A stretch of 64,000 bases of DNA from Methanobacteriota archaeon. Lineage in GTDB: Archaea > Thermoplasmatota > Thermoplasmata > SG8-5 > DAIRED01. The DNA lies in the NCBI GenBank assembly GCA_043799545.1, contig JAZDNO010000019.1, positions 64,001-128,000 of the forward strand. Direction: 5' to 3'. A program made the translations under genes and the position numbers. Positions within the stretch are counted from its first letter, which is position 1, and every line of letters starts with the position of its first letter. Positions 39,648 to 47,973 of the stretch are shown here, one piece after another. The notes under the pieces are model-generated. The model ran no database searches and was not told the DNA's origin. It saw only the letters and a program-made list of their open reading frames with translations.

Positions 39648-39803
39648 CGTTGTTTCTATTGGAGTATCCATAAGACCTCCGCCGCGGTTTATCCCCCATC
39701 GACGAGAGGGCGCGTATGTCTCGGTTTTTTATATTCTGATTTTCATATCTGACCTTGTGACACTTGCGGTTGGGCACAATCCCTTGCGGGGAGTTGAACG
39801 CCG

Positions 39804-40742
39804 TTGAAAGAAATGGCAGTGTCCGGCGTAGTCGTAAGGAACTTCGACAAAACAAAGGACATCGACGAATTTGTGAAATTTTACAACGCCGCCCATTCGG
39901 ATCATCCGAAGCACAAGGATTTGTCCGTCGAAATCGCCCAACGATATATATTCGGGGCTCCGAATTATGACGGCTCCTCGCATTTCCTGGCGCTCAAGGA
40001 TTCGAAAATCGTAGGCAGCGTCAAAGGCGAGACATTTGCTGGCACGACCGGCGTCATCGGAATGATTGTCAGGCCGGAGAATCGACATCTGGGGGTTGAA
40101 GACGCCCTCCATCAATCGGTGATGCGACACTTCCAGCAAAATGAGCTGAAGGATGCGAGGGTTCTTGTCGATTCGTCGTTCCCGAAGCTGGTCGAATTCT
40201 ATAATCGTCAGGGATTCGAGGCGTGGAAGGTCAATTACGCGATGTCGAGTCGTTTGTCTGCGGCGATGCTGGCATCTCCGCAACTGCCCATCGATTACGC
40301 AGTGGAAATCGCAATGGGAGACAGCGAAAAGGGCGCAATACGGAATGTTTTGGACAAAGGATTCAGCGATGCGGATGGGGGAGCAGGAGAGATCCTCCAC
40401 GAGTTTGACCGCATGTCGGCCCAAAAAGATTTTGACCCGACAGGGTTGCTTGTGGCCAGGAACGACGCGGGCGTCGTGGGGGTTTCCGTCAACTTCATAC
40501 ATCCTGCAATTCCGACCTCCGGTTACGTCGTATGGCTCGCAGTATTGCCTGGCGAAAGGGGCAAGGGTTTGGGGAAGGCTTTGTTGTTGGCTGGCATGAG
40601 ATGGATGAAGGAAAAGGGCATCGAAACCGCAGAATTGAACGTCGATTTGAAGAACCCAGGTGCGTTAAAATTATACAAAAACTGCGGATTCGTTGTATCG
40701 TCCGAAACGATAATAATGAACAAGGCGCGCCTTGGTTCGTAG
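39804..40742 (+). CDS. tandem GNAT acetyltransferase (MshD-like architecture)
   Basis: Two GNAT folds: VRPENRHLGV...FYNRQGF and VLPGERGKGLGKALL...ALKLYKNCGF. Confidence 0.85.
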   Translation: MKEMAVSGVVVRNFDKTKDIDEFVKFYNAAHSDHPKHKDLSVEIAQRYIFGAPNYDGSSHFLALKDSKIVGSVKGETFAGTTGVIGMIVRPENRHLGVEDALHQSVMRHFQQNELKDARVLVDSSFPKLVEFYNRQGFEAWKVNYAMSSRLSAAMLASPQLPIDYAVEIAMGDSEKGAIRNVLDKGFSDADGGAGEILHEFDRMSAQKDFDPTGLLVARNDAGVVGVSVNFIHPAIPTSGYVVWLAVLPGERGKGLGKALLLAGMRWMKEKGIETAELNVDLKNPGALKLYKNCGFVVSSETIIMNKARLGS

Positions 40743-40766
40743 GCAATTTGGCGGCTGGCGCATCAT

Positions 40767-41783
40767 CTATTCGACCGCGCCCCTATCCCGCAAATCCTTG
40801 TCTATCTCCAGCAGCAGCATTATCCTCTTGTAGGTCGACGGGTGGGTCGAGGAGATTTCCCCCGCCTTGGACCACGCGCCCCGGCTTTTCTCTCCCCGCT
40901 CCGCGGCAATCTGAAGCTCCCTGTCGTCAAGCACGCCGTCGCGGTTCAGGTCGAGCTGCTGGATTTCCCTCGCGTTGGAAGCCGCAGCCTGCGGGTCGCC
41001 GATGTAGAACGCCCGGGCCGCTCCCGCGCTCTCCTTCGGCGCCAGCGACAAGCCGTAGGTGATTTTAGCAAGAGCGGACGCGAGCGCCCTCGGCCTACCC
41101 GTCGACGTTCCAGCGTACGAGTCGGCGTAGAACTCCCGCAGGCGCGAGAGCCTCAGGACGAGGAACTGGCTGATGACGTAGACTCCCAGCGCGACTATTC
41201 CGACGACCACCAGCCCGCCGGAGTCCTTGCTCCTGCGCCCGCCGCTGAACATCAGCATCCTGGCAATGAAATATGCGATCAGCGGTATCGCACCGGCGAA
41301 GGTCATTATGATGACGTCCCTGTGCCTGAGGTGGCCTATCTCGTGTGCGAGCACCGCCTTGACCTCATCGGAGCTCAGGCGCTCCAGCAGGCCCCTCGTG
41401 ACAGCAAGCGTCGACGAGGCGAGAGTGCGCCCGAAGACGAAGGCGTTCGGGGACTTGTCCTCCACGATGGCAAGGCGCGGCATCGGGACGCCCGCCTTCT
41501 GCGCCAGCTCCCCCACCGTGCGCTCCAGGAACACGTTCTCCCCCGGTTTCAGATATCTCAAACCCGTGCTCCAGCGGACGATCGACGGGCCGACGGCCCA
41601 CTGCATCAGCATGAAAAGCAGGACGAGCGCGGTGACCACAAGCACCTGGAGTATGAAGCCAAAACCGGTTCCGTAGTACCAGTAGATGCCCTCGAAGACG
41701 AACATCATGAGGGCGAAGAGCAGGCCGAAGACGAGAATCATAGTCAGCGCCATGCTGGTCTTGAGCGAGCCCATCGAGGCCAT
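40767..41783 (-). CDS. htpX: HtpX-like M48 zinc metalloprotease with EF-hand loop
   Basis: PNAFVFG, AHEIGH (HExxH), SRLREFYAD, STHPSTYKRI and DLNRDGVLDDRE. The ORF-track extension to 42566 is antisense noise. Confidence 0.9.
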   Translation of the reverse strand: MASMGSLKTSMALTMILVFGLLFALMMFVFEGIYWYYGTGFGFILQVLVVTALVLLFMLMQWAVGPSIVRWSTGLRYLKPGENVFLERTVGELAQKAGVPMPRLAIVEDKSPNAFVFGRTLASSTLAVTRGLLERLSSDEVKAVLAHEIGHLRHRDVIIMTFAGAIPLIAYFIARMLMFSGGRRSKDSGGLVVVGIVALGVYVISQFLVLRLSRLREFYADSYAGTSTGRPRALASALAKITYGLSLAPKESAGAARAFYIGDPQAAASNAREIQQLDLNRDGVLDDRELQIAAERGEKSRGAWSKAGEISSTHPSTYKRIMLLLEIDKDLRDRGAVE

Positions 41784-41930
41784 GAAGGCTGATTCGCGGA
41801 GCAGAGATATAAACCTGGCGGCGGAAGCGAGGGTTGTCACACAACCCGAGCGAGGACGAGCTGTGCTCGTCCGAACGCCCGCGGAATCCCACCGCAACCC
41901 TCTTATCCCCCGCCAAACATCCCTTTCTGG

Positions 41931-42704
41931 ATGACGGATGTAGTGGAGAAGCTCAGCTGCCCCGACTGCGGGGGCCCGTTGAAGGCCGCGCCGGGCGAGG
42001 CGATAATCACTTGTGAGTACTGTGGCTCCTCCGTGAACGTCGCAGTCGGCTCCAAGTATTTCCTCAACCACTCCGCTGTGCCGAACCGCCTGTCTCAAGC
42101 AGACGCGGAGGCGTCTGCACGCTCCTGGATGGCGGGCGGGTTCCTTAAGCCCGACGATTTGGCGCGCAAGGCCAAAATCGTTTCCATGGAGCTGAGCATG
42201 GTGCCGATTTTCGTCATGAACGTCTCTGCCGAGACGGACTACAAGGGGTTCTTCACCCGCGGAGGCCCGGCCATCCAGAGGTCGGGGAAGCTCTCGAAGG
42301 ACTATTTCTGGAAGGTCGTCGGGCGCAGGGCCTCCAAGTTCCCAGCCCGCGAGTACCAGGTTCCGCTCTCCGCGAAAGCCGCGTTCACGATGGACCTCGT
42401 CCCCAAGGGGGCGAAGTTCCTCAACGCGGAGCTGGACGACGCAGAGGCGGTCGCGAAGGCGAAGCAGGAGATCGACGAGAACCAGCGCTTCTTGCTCTCC
42501 CAGGAGCTTGACATGATTGAGAGCGCTGAGACGAGGGCCGAAGTGCGCGACGTCGAGTTCCTCCACGTGCCGGTTTGGAACGTCAGGTATGAATACCGGA
42601 AGCGCATCTACGAGTTGATGCTAGACGGGCAGACCGGCGCGGACATAAAGGGGGAAATCCCCGAGTCTGGCGTGAAGGGTCTGTTCGGCGGGCTATTCGG
42701 GTGA
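41931..42704 (+). CDS. zinc-ribbon protein (YdjG-like)
   Basis: LSCPDCGG...ITCEYCGS, followed by EASARSWM.GGFLKP and LHVPVW.V.Y.Y...Y...LDGQTG. Confidence 0.7.
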   Translation: MTDVVEKLSCPDCGGPLKAAPGEAIITCEYCGSSVNVAVGSKYFLNHSAVPNRLSQADAEASARSWMAGGFLKPDDLARKAKIVSMELSMVPIFVMNVSAETDYKGFFTRGGPAIQRSGKLSKDYFWKVVGRRASKFPAREYQVPLSAKAAFTMDLVPKGAKFLNAELDDAEAVAKAKQEIDENQRFLLSQELDMIESAETRAEVRDVEFLHVPVWNVRYEYRKRIYELMLDGQTGADIKGEIPESGVKGLFGGLFG

Positions 42705-42707
42705 GCC

Positions 42708-42893
42708 ATGGGCGAAAAGCTGCCGCAGCACAAGCATTGCAAGGTCTGCAGGAAGGCGGTCCTGGTCGACGAGGACTTCTGCGACGACATGTGCAAGAAG
42801 GAGTACCAGGAGGGTCTCAGGAAGAAGCGCAACAGCTACCTTCTCCTGCTGGTTTTCGCGGTTCTGATGATGTTGATGGCGTTCGCGATGTGA
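42708..42893 (+). CDS. DUF2116-like zinc ribbon + TM protein
   Basis: PQHKHCKVCRKAV..DEDFCDDMC, then basic residues and a C-terminal TM helix. Confidence 0.8.
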   Translation: MGEKLPQHKHCKVCRKAVLVDEDFCDDMCKKEYQEGLRKKRNSYLLLLVFAVLMMLMAFAM

Positions 42894-42930
42894 GGGGAGC
42901 CTCAAAGCAGCCAATTATCGTACGGAGACC

Positions 42931-44001
42931 TCAATTGCCCGGCGACTTGCCCTTCTTCCTAACATACATGACAAGGCAGGTTCCCGAAAGGGCGAGCGGA
43001 AGGATGATGGACCCGCACATTCCTCCGTCCCCGCCAGGGTCGTCCCCGTCCCCGGAACCGTCTCCGTCACTCGAACCGTCCCCGCTGCCATCGCCCGAAT
43101 CGTCCGCGACTATGACGATGTTCACGGAAGCCTCCTTCCCGCCACAGCTTGCCGTGACCGTTATCCTGTTCGAAATGCCTGCGGACGCATCGTGCGAGTC
43201 CCAGTACGCGCTTCCTGGCGGAACGAAACTCACGGTGACGGCGCTGTTGAGCGTGCCAGCGGTCTCAGGTTCGATCCGCGCCCCCGCCAGGTCGCCGTCC
43301 CAATCGCTCAAAGTGAAGGTGACGACTGTGCCGTCCGGAACCTGCTGGCCATCTGCGAAGACAACCGCTCTCAGGTCGAACTCCAGGCTAGGGTCGGCCT
43401 GGACCTCGTTCTCGTCCTGCGAGAGGGTTAGGTACGCGACATTCAATGCCGGCACTGTCAGGGAGCCCCTGACGACCAAGCCGCGCGTTTCACCGTTTCC
43501 GTAAAGGCTGGACATCGAAACCATGAAAGAGCCTGAACGGGCTCCCGAGGGTATAGGTATGTCAACGCTGAACGATTGCTGCCATACAGTCCCCGACGTC
43601 GTCTCTGTCTTGTTCGCCCACCATTTGTCCTTTTCACCGTTTACTTCGACCGAGGCCGATGTGGTCGTCGAGACCGATCCCCAGTCCATGTATACGGAGC
43701 CGCTCAGCGTCAGCGAGCCAGCCGTCAGGTTGCCCGCGTAAACGCGCGATGTGGTGAAATCGCTCGTGTCCACCGGAGTGTCGAGGATGGCCCCAGAAAC
43801 GCTGTACGTTATCTGCATGCCGTTGAAAGTGTCGGTAGGGAACGTGCCGCTTGTGCGCGTGCCTGGAGTTGCCGCCGCATGCGGAGCGACGAGCAATGAA
43901 GCTATGACAAGCGCTGTCAGGACAAAGGCCGAAGCGAATCCCAATTTGGACGCATTCCCTATACCCGCGCTACGGTCGGCGAGCGACTCGATTCTTCTCA
44001 T
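42931..44001 (-). CDS. secreted Ig-like protein with acidic Gly/Asp linker and Cys-Gly-initiated C-terminal anchor
   Basis: Signal peptide, Thr/Ser-rich beta domains, DGTVVTF invasin-like segment, DDSGDGSGDG linker and MCGSIILPLALSGTCLVMYVRKK. Confidence 0.7.
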   Translation of the reverse strand: MRRIESLADRSAGIGNASKLGFASAFVLTALVIASLLVAPHAAATPGTRTSGTFPTDTFNGMQITYSVSGAILDTPVDTSDFTTSRVYAGNLTAGSLTLSGSVYMDWGSVSTTTSASVEVNGEKDKWWANKTETTSGTVWQQSFSVDIPIPSGARSGSFMVSMSSLYGNGETRGLVVRGSLTVPALNVAYLTLSQDENEVQADPSLEFDLRAVVFADGQQVPDGTVVTFTLSDWDGDLAGARIEPETAGTLNSAVTVSFVPPGSAYWDSHDASAGISNRITVTASCGGKEASVNIVIVADDSGDGSGDGSSDGDGSGDGDDPGGDGGMCGSIILPLALSGTCLVMYVRKKGKSPGN

Positions 44002-44014
44002 GTCCCCGAGATTG

Positions 44015-44037
44015 AAAACGATATATATAATCGTTTT
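44015..44037. promoter_or_regulatory. TATA box embedded in the inverted repeat AAAACGAT-ATATATA-ATCGTTTT
   Basis: 8-bp perfect arms at 44015-44022 and 44030-44037, just upstream of ATG 44001 (-). Confidence 0.55.
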
Positions 44038-44065
44038 GGAATGCGCCGTGGGCGTTCGATAAAAT

Positions 44066-44650
44066 TCACTCTGTCCAGTTGAATACGAACTCGCAGTGGT
44101 CCGCGCCCTTGTGCACGCACTTCTCCTCGACCACGTCGAGCGATTTCGCCTTGGCGATTTTCATGCCGACGCCGTGGAAATATCCCGCCAGATATTTGCA
44201 CAGAATGGGCGAGAACGGAAAATCATAGATTGCCATGCGCCCCCGGTCCTCGGTATTCTCCAGCACCTCGACACGGCCCGCCTTGTAGTTTTGCATCCAG
44301 ATTTCTGGGCCGTGGGCGAGCGCCTTCTGAATAGACATAAAATAGTTCAGCATGAACTGGACGATGAACGAGTACCTGACAGATTCCTCGCCCATATGGT
44401 ATATCCTCCTGTCGTCCCAGCCGAGCTCGGACTTGCAGGTTTCGAGGAAATCGACGCGCATCTTGAGCGGGAGCCAATCTTTCTCGCCAATCCCAGCGAA
44501 CCTGAACCCGGGCCATCGTTTCCCCAGGGAGGCTTCGACTTTCGCGAGGGCGTCATCGCCTCCGATGCGCTTGACGAAGGCCGCATTGGCGATAAATAGC
44601 GTGCCGCGGCATTTAGCGTCCGCCAGCGTCGCATTGGTCGGTTCTGTCAT
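44066..44650 (-). CDS. V4R / heme-NO-binding-like fold hypothetical protein
   Basis: C-terminal LCKYLAGYFHG...EEKCVHKGADHCEFVFNW V4R-type signature. Confidence 0.55.
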   Translation of the reverse strand: MTEPTNATLADAKCRGTLFIANAAFVKRIGGDDALAKVEASLGKRWPGFRFAGIGEKDWLPLKMRVDFLETCKSELGWDDRRIYHMGEESVRYSFIVQFMLNYFMSIQKALAHGPEIWMQNYKAGRVEVLENTEDRGRMAIYDFPFSPILCKYLAGYFHGVGMKIAKAKSLDVVEEKCVHKGADHCEFVFNWTE

Positions 44651-44710
44651 TCAGTAGTGTATGCGCCTGCGCGGTATTAGACGTTTACCCTCCGCAAACG
44701 TTATCACCAA

Positions 44711-44728
44711 GCCCGTGAATTCACGGGC
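44711..44728. promoter_or_regulatory. perfect 18-bp palindrome GCCCGTGAATTCACGGGC
   Basis: Seen directly; abuts ATG 44729 in the divergent intergenic region. Confidence 0.5.
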
Positions 44729-45643
44729 ATGCAGCGCCCGGTTGCGCACACCTATCGCAAGCCAGTCGTGGTGGGGACGAGGGACGAGGCCATACGTCTC
44801 TGCGGAATATGCCTGGGTGAAATCAAAGGCGGCCTCCCGTTCGCCATTTGCGACTGCGGCAAGCTCTACCACGTCACGTGCGGTTTCCGCGTCGGCGTCT
44901 GCGTCTCCTGCGGCATCCAGATGGACGAGGGGATGAGGCGCGAGCCCGAGGGCGGGGCGAAGCCTGCTGCTCCAAGGGAGGATGTCCCAACTGAAGTTCC
45001 GTCCGAGGTCGAGCCGATGAGGCCGGCCAGGCGGCTTTCGGTTGCGCAAAAACTCGAACTCCTGGAGGAGCGGCTGCTCACGGGTCACATCTCAGAAAAT
45101 TTGTACAAAGAGCTCAAAGCCAAGTTCGAGATGGAACGGGAAACGGCGGATGGAGATGCAGCCGAGGTTATTGCGCCGGCGCTCGAACCGGCCTTCGCCT
45201 GCCCCGAATGCGGTGAGGCGCTGGCTGACGGCGTGGCCTCCTGCCCGAAGTGCGGCCTTCGGCTCGACGAGAGCTTCGCCTGCCCCGAATGCGGCGCCTC
45301 GATGGAGAGGGACCAGAGGCGATGCTCCTGCGGGGCGGAGTTCACGGACGTCGAGGTCGAATACTCGTGCCCGATGTGCGGAGCCACGCAGAGCGGGGAT
45401 ACCGACGAGTGCGCGGCCTGCGGAGCCGAGTTCGCGGGCGATGCGCTGGAGACCGGATACGAGTGCCCCGAGTGTGGCCGCAAGGTGGAGGAGAGCGCCG
45501 CCGAATGCCAGTGCGGAGCGGTATTCGACAGGGAGGAGCACCAGGGGACCGCGCTCCAATGCCCCGAGTGCGGGGCGGAGGTCTCGCGCGAGGATTCCTT
45601 CTGCCCCGGATGCGGCGCGAGGTTCGCGGACGGCGCCGGCTAG
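44729..45643 (+). CDS. multi-zinc-finger protein: C4HC3 RING-like + SHOCT-like + five double zinc ribbons
   Basis: CGIC-x12-CDC-x4-H-x2-C-x6-CVSC; LEERLLTGHISENLYKELK; five CPxCG...CxxCG units. Confidence 0.75.
   Translation: MQRPVAHTYRKPVVVGTRDEAIRLCGICLGEIKGGLPFAICDCGKLYHVTCGFRVGVCVSCGIQMDEGMRREPEGGAKPAAPREDVPTEVPSEVEPMRPARRLSVAQKLELLEERLLTGHISENLYKELKAKFEMERETADGDAAEVIAPALEPAFACPECGEALADGVASCPKCGLRLDESFACPECGASMERDQRRCSCGAEFTDVEVEYSCPMCGATQSGDTDECAACGAEFAGDALETGYECPECGRKVEESAAECQCGAVFDREEHQGTALQCPECGAEVSREDSFCPGCGARFADGAG
45193..45294 (+). repeat. 21-bp direct repeat (81-bp period) within zinc-ribbon units
   Basis: CTTCGCCTGCCCCGAATGCGG at 45193-45213 and 45274-45294. Confidence 0.85.
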
Positions 45644-46713
45644 CCGGACATCCCCCTGAGGAAATTCCTGTAGGCTTCCATGCACTTTCCGACAGACTCG
45701 ATTTCCACGTACTCGCCGACTGCGTGCCAGTGGTCCCCCGAAGGGCCGTAGACCGCCGTGGGGAACCTGATTGCCAGCGCGTTGTAGTCGCCCACGGATT
45801 TTCCGTAGATGACCTCGGGGTCGCCCGCGGCCCTTGAGAATTTGCCGATGTGCCCGCGCTTGTCGAAGATGTACGGTTCGAGGAACGGCGTCGGCCTGGG
45901 CATCCAGCGCAGCTTGATTGCGGGTCCAGTGTTCAGGCAGGCCAGCGCCTTGCGCGCCTCTGCCATGACCGACGCCTGCGTGTCACCCGGCACGACGTGC
46001 CTGTCCAGGCGCACGAGGCAGTAGTCCGGCACGCTGAGCCCGTCCCCGCCGCCGGCTATCTTCAGCACGCAGGTCGAGCCCTGGCCCAGCACTTCGTGCG
46101 ACCTCGGGGCGATGTTCTCCAGCGCGAGTATTACCCTCGCCGCCTTCGATATTGCGTTGGCGCCCTTCTCCGGCCTGGCTCCATGCGCCGCCGTCCCGAT
46201 GACCTCCGCCTCGACAACGTACCGTCCGCGGCATCCGAGCATCAGGCGCAGGTTCGTGGGCTCGGCGACTAGCGCCAGGTCGTAATCCCCAGAATCTTTC
46301 AGGAACTGGAAGGCGCCGCGGCAGTCTCCCTCCTCGTCCGAGGTGCCGAGGAACGTGACGTTCAGCCCTGAGTCAGCGAACTCGTTGTAAAGTATTGCCA
46401 TGATTGCCAGCCCGGCCTTCATGTCGCATGCGCCCAGGCCGTAAAGTTTTCCATCCCGCACGAGCGGCTTGTACGGGTCGCGCCCGTACTCGCCCGGCGA
46501 TGGCACGGTGTCCATGTGCCCGACCAGGAGGATTCGCGAACCGCGCCTCTTCGCAGCGCTCTTCGCGACGACGTTCGGCCCGGCGCCCTCGACCGCCTGC
46601 AGGGTCACCTCTCCTTTCAGCATCGAGGCTAGGAACTGGGAGATTTCCGTTTCCTTCCCGAATTCGCTGGGTATCGAAATCAGCTTCTTCGCCAGGTCAA
46701 TGACATCCGCCAT
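45640..46713 (-). CDS. M20/ArgE/DapE family metallopeptidase/deacylase
   Basis: GHMDTV, GLGACDMKAG, DEEG, EPT, G.AAHGARPE.G.NAI, GPSGDHWHAVGE. Confidence 0.9.
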   Translation of the reverse strand: MADVIDLAKKLISIPSEFGKETEISQFLASMLKGEVTLQAVEGAGPNVVAKSAAKRRGSRILLVGHMDTVPSPGEYGRDPYKPLVRDGKLYGLGACDMKAGLAIMAILYNEFADSGLNVTFLGTSDEEGDCRGAFQFLKDSGDYDLALVAEPTNLRLMLGCRGRYVVEAEVIGTAAHGARPEKGANAISKAARVILALENIAPRSHEVLGQGSTCVLKIAGGGDGLSVPDYCLVRLDRHVVPGDTQASVMAEARKALACLNTGPAIKLRWMPRPTPFLEPYIFDKRGHIGKFSRAAGDPEVIYGKSVGDYNALAIRFPTAVYGPSGDHWHAVGEYVEIESVGKCMEAYRNFLRGMSG

Positions 46714-47887
46714 CTTTCGCACGCTCCACCATTTTCCAGAAATCCTCTTCGCTCACCCGCCCGCGCAACTCGCCCAAGCGCTTCACCTCGTCGACGATGC
46801 CATCCAGCGCCTTTCCTTCGGCCGCGACTCCTCTACTCGCAAGCAGCCTCCGGATATGCTCGTGCCCCGAGTGCTTCCCCATCGTGAGGCTCCGCTTTCC
46901 GCCGACCAGCTCCGGACTGATGGCTTCGTAGGTGAACGGCTCCCGGAGGATGGCCGCGACGTGGATGCCGCTCTCGTGCGTGAAGGCGTTTCCACCGACG
47001 ATTGGCTTGTTCAAAGGCACCCTCACCCCCGAGAGGCTCGAAACCATCTCCGAAAGACCTGTCAGCTTCTCCAGGTCGATTCCGTGCCTCGCCCCGAGGA
47101 CCAGCTCGGATGCGACCGCGAACTCCTCCAGAGCAAGGTTCCCCGCTCGCTCCCCGATTCCGTTCACGGTGGTGGCGAAGCACCGCGCCCCTCCCTTCAT
47201 GGCTGCCAAGGAGTTCGCAAGGGCGAGACCTAAATCGTCGTGCAGGTGTGCGGAGAGCGGGGCATCGTATCTGGAAGAAAGCTCTTTCGCGAGGTGAGCC
47301 ACCCCTTCCGGTGTTGCGCAGCCTGCCGTGTCCGTGAAGCCTATTCGCTCAGCTCCCTTCTTGATTGCGGCGGAGTAGAGCGAATGGAGATATCTCATCT
47401 CCGAGCGCGTGCTGTCCTCCGTGCTGAACGAGAACTTCGCCCCCCTGGACTTAGCGTACTCCATGGCCTCGACCGAGCGCTCCAGGACGGTTTTTTTCGA
47501 GAGGCGGTACTTGTGCTTTATGTGCAAATTCGAGCTCGCGACGAACATCAGCATCAGGTCGATGTCCGAATCGACGCAGGCATCCACGTCCTCCCGCTGC
47601 ATCCGGCAGAGGGCTAGTATTCTCGCCCCAGTTCCGAGCCCTGCCACGGCCTTGACGCACTGCCTTTCGCGCTGTGATACGACGGGAAACCCGGCTTCGA
47701 TTTCGGGCACTCCGGCGTCGGCCAGCGCCTCGGCTATCCTGACCTTCTTCGGCACGTCGAAGCTAACCCCCGGCATCTGCTCCCCGTCCCTCAACGTCGT
47801 GTCGTAGACCTGGACCCGCGTCCCGCGGCGCCATCCAGACTCCGAAAGGGCTCGGTTGTTGAACGGACTCAAAGCGCTCCGTTTCAT
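46697..47887 (-). CDS. homocitrate/isopropylmalate synthase family (DRE-TIM) enzyme lacking a regulatory domain
   Basis: DTTLRDGEQ, IEAGFP, HLHDDLGLALANS, NGIGERAGN, FTHESGIH; about 396 aa. Confidence 0.88.
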   Translation of the reverse strand: MKRSALSPFNNRALSESGWRRGTRVQVYDTTLRDGEQMPGVSFDVPKKVRIAEALADAGVPEIEAGFPVVSQRERQCVKAVAGLGTGARILALCRMQREDVDACVDSDIDLMLMFVASSNLHIKHKYRLSKKTVLERSVEAMEYAKSRGAKFSFSTEDSTRSEMRYLHSLYSAAIKKGAERIGFTDTAGCATPEGVAHLAKELSSRYDAPLSAHLHDDLGLALANSLAAMKGGARCFATTVNGIGERAGNLALEEFAVASELVLGARHGIDLEKLTGLSEMVSSLSGVRVPLNKPIVGGNAFTHESGIHVAAILREPFTYEAISPELVGGKRSLTMGKHSGHEHIRRLLASRGVAAEGKALDGIVDEVKRLGELRGRVSEEDFWKMVERAKDGGCH

Positions 47888-47973
47888 CGACCCCCGAATC
47901 CTGCTTGGACTATTAAACCTCGCACCGCCGGGTTTTGGCAAAGTATGTTATACTATGCGCCGATTTATCCGCG

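Noticed and set aside
41784-42566. ORF-track N-terminal extension of HtpX to 599 aa
   Set aside because: It is the antisense shadow of the real plus-strand Zn-ribbon gene 41931-42704; HtpX-like sequence begins at about 41783.
45640-45643. Shared CTAG where two convergent genes both end in TAG
   Set aside because: A compact convergent overlap with no further structure; not evidence of a functional element.
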